From Fibrobacterota bacterium (lineage in GTDB: Bacteria > Fibrobacterota > Fibrobacteria > UBA11236), in NCBI GenBank assembly GCA_043753995.1, contig JAYUVP010000315.1:1-10066 (forward strand): a stretch of DNA of 10,066 nucleotides. Reading direction: 5' to 3'. The position numbers and the translations under genes are program-made. Under the pieces are notes generated by a model. That model ran no database searches and was not told the DNA's origin. It worked only from the letters and a program-made list of their open reading frames with translations. Within the stretch, counting starts at the first letter, position 1, and every line of letters starts with the position of its first letter. Below, piece after piece: positions 1 to 6,550 of this stretch.

Positions 1-3000
1 CTTTTCCACAATGGCCTGATGAGTAGACTTCGCTTCGGGAGCGGCGTGTTTGCCATGTCCATCGACTTCGGCAGCCAAGCTTGATGGCTTCACATGCACG
101 AAATCGGTATTGCCCAAATAATGGAAACCGACAATGCGGAAAATGAGATCCAGAATCGAGGTGCAATTCTTGATATTCTCATGCCCTTCGACGGGACCCG
201 CGGGTTCAAAGCGCGTAAAGGTGAAGGTATCTACCAACTCTTCCAAGGGTATGCCGTATTGCAATGCCTTGGAGGTCAATACGGCAAAGCAATTGAGAAT
301 GCTGCGATAGGCCGCACCCTCCTTGTACATGTCGATGAAAATTTCACCGAGACCGCCGTCCGGGTATTCGCCGGTTCGCAGAAATAACTTGTGGCCTTCC
401 ACCGCAAGCTCTTGCACAAAACCACCGCGTCGCGTGGGCAGACGACGGCGAATGGGACGGCCTTCGACTGGCAAATCGCCCGTATTAGCCGAGGGCGCTG
501 CCAGGAAAGGCGAGGAGGCGGGAATCGAATTGACTGTCGCCGATTTGTCAGCGGCAGGCAATGCACCGGCGGCTTTCTTCGGCTTGGCGGCCTTGGCATT
601 CAGGGGTTGGCTGAGTTTGCAGCCGTCGCGATAAACCGCCACGGCCTTGAGCATCCATTCCCAACCTTGCTTATAAATGCCTTGTATGTCGGCCACGTTG
701 AATTCATTGGGCAAATTCACGGTCTTGGAAATGGCTCCACTGATATAAGGCTGGGCTGCGGCCATCATACGCAAATGGCCCATAGGAGCAATGGCGCGCA
801 CGCCTTTGCCACAACGGCTGGCGCAGTCGAAAACGGGATAATGCTCGTCCTTTAAATAGGGCGCGCCTTCCACGGTTTGCGCGCCGCAAATGGCACGGTC
901 CGCTTCCTCTAGGGCATCCTCACTGAAGCCCAACCCTTCCAAAACATCGACGCCCGAGCCCGCAATGGCCGTTTCCGACAATCCCAGGGTTTGTAGGAAA
1001 TCCACGCCCAGTGACATCGGATGAAAGGCGTCTTCCAAGGACAACATCAAGGGCAAGGACTTTTCTATCGCTTGAAGTTTTTCCGGAGTGAAACCGCGTT
1101 CGGCCAGAGTGTGACGATTGATATGAGGCGCATTTTCCAAGCTTCCAGTGCCGAGACAATACCGCTCCATGATTTCGATTTCGGCTTCGCTATAACCCAA
1201 ATGCTTCAAAGCAACGGGCAAAGAGCGATTGACGATTTTGAAATAACCGCCGCCCGCCAATTTCTTGAATTTCACCAGAGCGAAGTCAGGTTCGATGCCG
1301 GTAGTGTCGCAATCCATCAAAAGGCCAATGGTACCCGTAGGCGCCAATACCGTCACTTGAGCGTTACGGTAACCGTGTTTTTCGCCCTGCGCCAAGGCGC
1401 CATCCCAAGCCTTGCGTGCGGCTGTGACAAGCTCCACCGGGCAATATCGGCCCGTGAAGGGAATGGGCTGGGCGGTGAGGCCTTCGAATTGGCTTTCACC
1501 GTAGGCCGCGCGGCGATGATTTCGAATCACACGCAGCATGGATTCTTTATTGGCCTCATAGCGCGGGAAAGCTCCTAAGGCCTTGGCCATTTCCGCCGAA
1601 GTCGCATACGAGATACCTCCCATAATGGCCGTGATGGCCGCCGTCCATTCCACGGCCTGCACGCTGTCATAGGGAATGCCGACGCGCATGAGAAAGGCGC
1701 CCAAATTGGCATAGCCGAGGCCAAGCGTCCGATAGTCATAACTCTTGCGGGCGATTTCGGGGCTCGGAAATTGGGCCATGCCCACCGAGATTTCCAGCAC
1801 CACGGTCCAGAGACGTGCCGCATGTTCGAACTCCTCGATTTTTAAGTGACCCTCAGCATCTTGAAAGCGCACCAAATTCAGGCTGGCGAGATTGCAAGCC
1901 GTGTCGTCGAGAAACATGTATTCCGAGCAGGGATTGCTGGCGCGAATGGGACCGTCGGTGGGACAGGTATGCCATTCATTGATGGTGTCGTGATATTGCA
2001 GGCCAGGGTCGGCGCAATCCCAGGCACAAATGCCCGTGAGTTCCCAAAGATGACGCGCCTTCACGATTTTACGCACGGAGCCATCGCTGCGCGAGGTGAG
2101 ATGCCAATCTCCGTCTTCGGCCACGGCCTTCATGAAGCTATTGGGAATGCGCAAAGAATTATTGCTGTTCTGCCCGCTGACAGTATTGTAGGCCTCGCCT
2201 TCGAAATGCGTATCGAGTACTTCCCATGGCCCCAGGGACGTGCCTTGGCGCTTGAGCGAGGCCATTTTTTCCAGTACCGCGGGTGGTACGTCGGCATCGG
2301 TTTCAATGCCACCGAAGCCGCCTTGACGCGGCTGCAACCTTTTCTCGATTTCCGCGAGCGCCTTGGAACCCGTCACCAAGGCCGCGACCTTGGCCTCTTC
2401 ACGAGTTTTCCAAGTGATAAATTCCTCGACTTCAGGATGATCCATGTCGAGGCAAACCATTTTGGCAGCGCGACGCGTGGTACCACCCGATTTGATAGCG
2501 CCGGCCGCGCGATCAAAAACCTTCAGAAAGGACATGAGGCCGGAACTGGCTCCGCCTCCGGCGAGAGGTTCGCCAGCGCTACGCACCGCGCTAAAATTGG
2601 TTCCGGTGCCTGAACCGTATTTGAAAATGCGGCCTTCGCGAGTCAACAGACTGTAAATGCCACCCTCGCCCAGAAGGTCGTCCTTGACCCCCTGGATGAA
2701 GCAGGCATGGGGCTGCGGGCGAGTATAAGCGTCATCGGAATGCTTCACTTCATTGTCACTGGGCTCCACATAGTAATGACCCTGGGCACTTCCGGTTATG
2801 CCGTATTTATAGGCCAGACCGGTATTGAACCATTGCGGCGAATTGGGAGCCGCCATTTGCTGAAGTAACATGTAAGCTACTTCATCGTAAAACACCTGGG
2901 CATCCTCTTTTTTATCGAAGAAGCCGAGTTGCTCGCCCCAGTGCCGCCAACATCCAGCCAGGCGATCGACCACTTGCTTCACCGAAGTTTCGCCGCCTTT

Positions 3001-3252
3001 GATGGGCTTGCCTTCCGCGTCCACCATGGGCTTGCCATCCGAACCCAATACCGGCACATCCTTGCGGCGGAAATATTTTTGCGCAAGAATGTCGGTCGCG
3101 GTTTGCGACCAGAATTCCGGGACTTCCACATCGAGGCGTAGCGACGATGTTCCGTCCGCACCTCCCTTGCGCAGCACCGAAGTGCGCTTTTCATAGCGCA
3201 CGCTTTGATAGGGATCTTTTCCTTGAGTGGTAAATCGGCGCTGAAATTTCAT
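1..3252 (-). CDS. nrdJ: Class II (adenosylcobalamin-dependent) ribonucleoside-diphosphate reductase with fused C-terminal TSCPD-like (NrdJb-like) domain; 3' end lies beyond the window (>1084 aa)
   Basis: Hand translation from ATG at 3252 (GGGAG Shine-Dalgarno 6 nt upstream) gives MKFQRRFTTQGKDPY...VEVPEFWSQTATDILAQKYFRR, APNSPQWFNTGL, RPQPHACFIQ, GSGTGTNFS, the catalytic finger loop ASNPCSEYMFLDDTACNLASLNL (~1875-1950), APTGTIGLLMDCDTTGIEPDF, AVYRDGCKLSQPL, then FTFTRFEPAGPVEGHENIKNCTSILDLIFR. All segments translated share one frame, which is still open at base 1. Confidence 0.97.
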   Translation of the reverse strand, partial: MKFQRRFTTQGKDPYQSVRYEKRTSVLRKGGADGTSSLRLDVEVPEFWSQTATDILAQKYFRRKDVPVLGSDGKPMVDAEGKPIKGGETSVKQVVDRLAGCWRHWGEQLGFFDKKEDAQVFYDEVAYMLLQQMAAPNSPQWFNTGLAYKYGITGSAQGHYYVEPSDNEVKHSDDAYTRPQPHACFIQGVKDDLLGEGGIYSLLTREGRIFKYGSGTGTNFSAVRSAGEPLAGGGASSGLMSFLKVFDRAAGAIKSGGTTRRAAKMVCLDMDHPEVEEFITWKTREEAKVAALVTGSKALAEIEKRLQPRQGGFGGIETDADVPPAVLEKMASLKRQGTSLGPWEVLDTHFEGEAYNTVSGQNSNNSLRIPNSFMKAVAEDGDWHLTSRSDGSVRKIVKARHLWELTGICAWDCADPGLQYHDTINEWHTCPTDGPIRASNPCSEYMFLDDTACNLASLNLVRFQDAEGHLKIEEFEHAARLWTVVLEISVGMAQFPSPEIARKSYDYRTLGLGYANLGAFLMRVGIPYDSVQAVEWTAAITAIMGGISYATSAEMAKALGAFPRYEANKESMLRVIRNHRRAAYGESQFEGLTAQPIPFTGRYCPVELVTAARKAWDGALAQGEKHGYRNAQVTVLAPTGTIGLLMDCDTTGIEPDFALVKFKKLAGGGYFKIVNRSLPVALKHLGYSEAEIEIMERYCLGTGSLENAPHINRHTLAERGFTPEKLQAIEKSLPLMLSLEDAFHPMSLGVDFLQTLGLSETAIAGSGVDVLEGLGFSEDALEEADRAICGAQTVEGAPYLKDEHYPVFDCASRCGKGVRAIAPMGHLRMMAAAQPYISGAISKTVNLPNEFNVADIQGIYKQGWEWMLKAVAVYRDGCKLSQPLNAKAAKPKKAAGALPAADKSATVNSIPASSPFLAAPSANTGDLPVEGRPIRRRLPTRRGGFVQELAVEGHKLFLRTGEYPDGGLGEIFIDMYKEGAAYRSILNCFAVLTSKALQYGIPLEELVDTFTFTRFEPAGPVEGHENIKNCTSILDLIFRIVGFHYLGNTDFVHVKPSSLAAEVDGHGKHAAPEAKSTHQAIVEK

Positions 3253-3409
3253 GCTGCGCTCCCTGCTGAGGTGGGGGCCCTTCGGTGGCTGCGGTCACCG
3301 CGTCTTACGGTGTTAAAGAGGGTAATCGAGAAAGTTACAATCCGACACAGATTCCACATGCTTTTTATAACCCTTCGTAATGCCCTTTCGCCTCTCGAAG
3401 AAGCCCTTA

Positions 3410-3439
3410 ATTTCAGCCATTTCGCGAACCCAAAGTCAA
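3410..3439 (-). promoter_or_regulatory. Possible sigma-70-type promoter for nrdJ
   Basis: Minus strand TTGACT (3439-3434), 18-nt spacer, TGAAAT (3415-3410). The -35 is good; the -10 is weak. Confidence 0.25.
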
Positions 3440-3449
3440 CAATTCTGTT

Positions 3450-3512
3450 TTGTAGCATCGAAGGAAAGTTGTAGCGATCAAGGTAAAGCCTTGATGTGAA
3501 TAGAGATCAAGG
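3450..3512. repeat. Imperfect ~19-bp tandem repeat overlapping three alternately oriented ATCAAGG/CCTTGAT boxes
   Basis: TTGTAGCATCGAAGGAAAG (3450-3468) and TTGTAGCGATCAAGGTAAAG (3469-3488). ATCAAGG at 3477-3483, CCTTGAT at 3489-3495, ATCAAGG at 3506-3512. Confidence 0.55.
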
Positions 3513-3606
3513 ATCACTTAACTCCATCATAAAAGCCGAACCCAAACCGCCTCAAATCCCTGCGAAAACCCCTATTTTCCCGACTTGAAAGACACTTCCC
3601 TGTTTA

Positions 3607-3705
3607 TTAGCCGAGTATTTCGAGGTAATATTTCCCGATTTCGACCGCTAGCTTAGCGCCCAAGCAGAACTCCCGCAGACAGAAACAAACCAGCTTCACT
3701 TTCAT
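3607..3705 (-). CDS. Candidate 32-aa small protein MKVKLVCFCLREFCLGAKLAVEIGKYYLEILG
   Basis: ATG at 3705 preceded by AAAGGA-TACC; tandem TAA TAA stops; sits in an otherwise empty intergenic region. It is the 3' half of the 63-aa track ORF 3607..3798. No recognisable family. Confidence 0.4.
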   Translation of the reverse strand: MKVKLVCFCLREFCLGAKLAVEIGKYYLEILG

Positions 3706-3857
3706 GGTATCCTTTGTGTTAACGTAACCGAAATGATACCCTTGAGTTACTTTCTCCTCCCTGCTGAAATACTCGGTAGCCAAGGCTTCCGGCGGCAAGG
3801 CCTTCCCAAAAAGAACTGCGCTATCCCGATAGATGATCCTTTGGCAAAAGAAGGCGC

Positions 3858-3886
3858 TTGGTGAGAAGCAACCTCCAGCCTAATAT
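3858..3886 (+). promoter_or_regulatory. Candidate sigma-70-type promoter with predicted start at the ATG of the radical SAM gene
   Basis: TTGGTG (3858-3863), 17-nt spacer, TAATAT (3881-3886), 6 nt, then ATG at 3893. No Shine-Dalgarno sequence upstream. Confidence 0.45.
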
Positions 3887-3892
3887 TTTGAA

Positions 3893-4864
3893 ATGAATTT
3901 TGAAATGCTTGCCCACCGAGCCAAGGTCGACAGCCATGTCGGGTCCCTACCTGGGCCTTATCGTCGATACCGCGAACATTTGGCAGAGCGTTTCGGTTCG
4001 CGCCGAATTCGCAAGGTGACCTTGCATGGCGGCTTCACCTGTCCCAATCTCGATGGCACTCGCGGATATGGTGGCTGCACCTATTGCGATAATCGCAGCT
4101 TTTCGCCTTCCTTCGGCGACATGGAAAGGTCGGTGACGAGCCAACTTGAGACTGGAATCGCAGCACTAGAAAAGCAAGGCCCGGTCGACGGTGTCATCGC
4201 CTACTTTCAGCCATTTTCCAACACCTATGCGCCGCCGGAAAAACTTGCGAAACTCTATGGTGAGGCCTTAAGCCATCCCCTGGTGGCCGGACTCGCCATC
4301 GGCACTCGTCCCGATTGCCTACCGGAGGCAGTTCTGCAATTGTTACAGCACTTCGCGGCAAAAACTTATCTCAGCTTGGAAATCGGCCTGCAATCCGCCT
4401 TGGATGACACCTTGAATCTCATACATCGCGGGCATGACGTCGCCGAATTCGATTCTGCGATTCAACGCTGCCGAAATCGCGGTTTTGAAATTGCCGTCCA
4501 TGTCATTCTGGGCTTACCAGGCGAAAACGCGGAACAATGGAGGGCAACGGCGAATCACGTGGCACGTATGGCATGTGACAGCATCAAAATCCATCCCCTG
4601 CATTTGGTGAAAGGCACCGTGCTGGCAAGACAATTCGCTTCCGGACGTTTTGAGTTGCCCTCGCGTGAAAATTATATCGCCGGGGTCGTGGATTTTCTGG
4701 AACGAATACCCCGATCGACCGCAGTGCAGCGCATTACAGCCGATGCACCTGTGAATATGCTGGTGGCACCGACATGGTGTCGTGACAAGAATGCACTTCT
4801 TCGCGACATCCACCTGGAATTCCAGCGTCGTGGAAGTCGCCAAGGCGATTTTGCGGTGGTATGA
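3893..4864 (+). CDS. yhcC: TIGR01212 family radical SAM protein (E. coli YhcC / B. subtilis YtqA-like), 323 aa
   Basis: Family motifs GGFTCPNLDGTRGYGGCTYC (C-x11-C-x2-C), AYFQPFSNTY, GLAIGTRPDCL, LEIGLQS, HVILGLPGE, IKIHPLHLVKGT and C-terminal RRGSRQG. An alternative in-frame ATG is at 3905. Confidence 0.93.
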   Translation: MNFEMLAHRAKVDSHVGSLPGPYRRYREHLAERFGSRRIRKVTLHGGFTCPNLDGTRGYGGCTYCDNRSFSPSFGDMERSVTSQLETGIAALEKQGPVDGVIAYFQPFSNTYAPPEKLAKLYGEALSHPLVAGLAIGTRPDCLPEAVLQLLQHFAAKTYLSLEIGLQSALDDTLNLIHRGHDVAEFDSAIQRCRNRGFEIAVHVILGLPGENAEQWRATANHVARMACDSIKIHPLHLVKGTVLARQFASGRFELPSRENYIAGVVDFLERIPRSTAVQRITADAPVNMLVAPTWCRDKNALLRDIHLEFQRRGSRQGDFAVV

Positions 4865-4886
4865 AATAGCTGATGAAAAAGATCTT

Positions 4887-4902
4887 ATTCGCCTGGGCGA
4901 AT
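4887..4902. terminator. Short hairpin between two convergent genes; possible terminator
   Basis: ATTCGC-CTGG-GCGAAT in the 37-bp gap. On the minus strand it directly follows the stop codon and is followed by AAGATCTTTTT, so the U-tract is offset from the stem. Confidence 0.3.
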
Positions 4903-6188
4903 CAATCCGCCGGAAGCGAGGCTTCGCGTTTCAACTTGCGGTAGAGGGTACGCAAGCTGATTCCCAATTGCCGGGCCGTCGCGCCTTTATCACCCGCATT
5001 AGCCTGTAAGGTGGCCAGCATTACTTGCCTTTCGAGGGCTTCCAAGGTCTGCGAAGGCGGCTGCGACAAGTCAAACCAGGTGCGCGATCGCTTTTCCAGC
5101 ACGGTCCGAACCGTATCTCCGCTTATGGCGATTTCCGATCTTTCGCGCGACAAGGCCAGGGCATCTTGCATGACCCAGCGGACTTCGCCCGCATTTTCCG
5201 GCCAAGCATAATGCTCAAGCAACCTCAGCGCTGGCAATTCGATTTTGGGCATGGCTTGATTTTGCTTGCGTGCCCCATCACGCAACCAAAAGGCGAGGAG
5301 TGGAAAAAGATCTTCTTGTCTTTGGCGCAAGGGCGGAATGGCGATATGATTCGATTCCAGCCAAAGTGCAAGGCCACGCAAAAGGCTTCCTGCTTTGCCC
5401 CACGGCAATTCGGAATCCTTAGTGAGAAAAATGATTTTGGGTCCCGAGCCCAATTTATTGGGTGATCGCTCATTCATTCGCCGCAAAAGGCTTTCCCCTG
5501 CCGCGAGCGAAAGCGATTCGGCATCGGTTAAAACCAGAGTACCGGCTTGAAGGGTTTCGATTCTCTCCACGGGAACGCTTTTCGCATCGACTTGCAATAA
5601 AGGCTCCGATGCGGAAACACCGCAATCGTGTATCCAGCGTGACAAACTGCGTTTTCCGACGCCGATCTCACCGGATATCCACATTAAATTCTCGCTGCTA
5701 AGAGCGAAGCGATGCGCTTGATTCACAGCATGACGACAAGCGGCGGTGCGTGCGCCAGCGACCACCGGCGGAGGCGTGAGCGCCAATTCGGCTGCCAAGA
5801 GGCGATTCTCTCGCCGTAAGCGGTGACGCTCCAGGGCCTGATCCGCAACCCAACGCAAACGCGGGCCTTGAAAGGGTTTTGCCACCCAATCAAAGGCCCC
5901 CATGGATTGCGGACGCTGCCAGTCAATAGCGTCACCCGTGATTAAAATCACTTCTAAATCTGGATCTTCGGCTTTCAGGCGGCAGGACAATTCAATGCCA
6001 TCCATGCCCGGTAATCCCAAATCGGCGATAAGCAAATCGGGTTTTTCTTTTCGGGCAGATTCCAAAGCGGCACCGGCATTGAGGCAGCCGCGTACCCGCC
6101 GCGATGGCGCGCGCAAGGTCCGAGTTAAAAACTCCATGACCGCGGGCTCGTCATCCACCACCAATATGCGGGCATCTTCGTTTGCCAC
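4902..6188 (-). CDS. NtrC/Fis-family response regulator (REC + degenerate sigma-54-activator AAA+ + Fis HTH), ~428 aa
   Basis: Intact receiver domain (ILVVDDE, DLLIADLGLPGMDG, ILITG, AKPF). AAA+ remnants GEIGVGK, IPPLRQRQEDL and HYAWPEN. C-terminal HTH GDKGATARQLGISLRTLYRKLK. GTG at 6188 is preferred because AAGGA lies 8 nt upstream and REC begins right after; the track start is ATG 6236. Confidence 0.9.
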   Translation of the reverse strand: MANEDARILVVDDEPAVMEFLTRTLRAPSRRVRGCLNAGAALESARKEKPDLLIADLGLPGMDGIELSCRLKAEDPDLEVILITGDAIDWQRPQSMGAFDWVAKPFQGPRLRWVADQALERHRLRRENRLLAAELALTPPPVVAGARTAACRHAVNQAHRFALSSENLMWISGEIGVGKRSLSRWIHDCGVSASEPLLQVDAKSVPVERIETLQAGTLVLTDAESLSLAAGESLLRRMNERSPNKLGSGPKIIFLTKDSELPWGKAGSLLRGLALWLESNHIAIPPLRQRQEDLFPLLAFWLRDGARKQNQAMPKIELPALRLLEHYAWPENAGEVRWVMQDALALSRERSEIAISGDTVRTVLEKRSRTWFDLSQPPSQTLEALERQVMLATLQANAGDKGATARQLGISLRTLYRKLKREASLPAD

Positions 6189-6359
6189 CGCGGTATTCCT
6201 TTTTTCTCTTGCTGGGCAAGACGGGTCGAAAGCCATAGCGCAACTTCCACGCCATTTCTAAAACGCCTTTCTCCTTGGGCCAGAAAAGCCATTGAAGACC
6301 ATTTTGCAGAAATTTCATGGCCTTTCCCAAAGGAGTTGATTTATTCAGAGGAGAAACGC

Positions 6360-6460
6360 TGACTCATTGGCGCAGCTTCCATGCATTTTTGGCAGCAGTC
6401 CAGCGTCCCACCCTCGCGCATCCTGTCGTGCCAGTTCGTCATTACGCAGCCAAATTGGCA
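6360..6460. promoter_or_regulatory. Candidate upstream activator/operator sites (imperfect TGCCA-N3-TGGCA palindromes)
   Basis: TGACTCATTGGCG (6360-6372), TGCATTTTTGGCA (6382-6394) and AGCCAAATTGGCA (6448-6460), about 90-190 bp upstream of the predicted sigma-54 start site. Confidence 0.4.
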
Positions 6461-6521
6461 GAACTTTCCCAAGCAACGAACCCGCGAAGCCGTAAAATAC
6501 GGCGGAAAGGCCAGACGCAAT

Positions 6522-6538
6522 TTGGCAGAGGCTTTGCT
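6522..6538 (+). promoter_or_regulatory. Sigma-54 (RpoN) -24/-12 promoter for hemN
   Basis: TTGGCAGAGGCTTTGCT with GG at 6524-6525, exactly 10 nt, then GC at 6536-6537, closely matching TGGCAC-N5-TTGCW. Predicted +1 is ~6549. Confidence 0.7.
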
Positions 6539-6550
6539 TTGAATCCTTTT

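Noticed and set aside
94..3196. Plus-strand ORFs (94-387, 391-855, 1021-1578, 1846-2613, 2929-3141) and short off-frame ORFs
   Set aside because: Antisense or alternate-frame shadows of nrdJ; the long ones mirror nrdJ codons exactly and show no family motifs.
1..3252. Intein or intron in nrdJ
   Set aside because: RNR motifs occur in the expected order and spacing, the NPCSEY and PHACF regions are uninterrupted, and no splice-junction or endonuclease motifs were seen. The Ala/Pro/Lys-rich stretch at ~460-600 is an interdomain linker.
3205..3474. Track ORFs 3205-3474 (+) and 3249-3458 (-)
   Set aside because: They overlap the nrdJ start and leader, lack a convincing RBS, and have no recognisable protein features.
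3253..3606. Cobalamin riboswitch or NrdR boxes upstream of nrdJ
   Set aside because: No GGGAA...GCCCCCGC-ACTGT or B12-box pattern was found, and the best NrdR-box candidate (3440-3455) misses most conserved positions. A covariance-model scan would be needed to exclude divergent versions.
3841..3857. TTGGCAAAAGAAGGCGC as a sigma-54 promoter
   Set aside because: GC occurs at 9 and 11 nt from the GG, not the required 10, and there is no TTGC.
6336..6349. FNR box upstream of hemN (TTGATTTATTCAGA)
   Set aside because: Only one good half-site, the second half does not match ATCAA at N4 spacing, and it lies ~200 bp from the gene start.
6418..6434. Minus-strand CTGGCACGACAGGATGC as a sigma-54 promoter for the regulator
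   Set aside because: Excellent -24 element, but the GG-to-GC spacing is 11 nt rather than the required 10.
6317..6550. 78-aa N-terminal extension of HemN in the track ORF
   Set aside because: HemN similarity starts at Met 6551, and this region holds the promoter and candidate binding sites.
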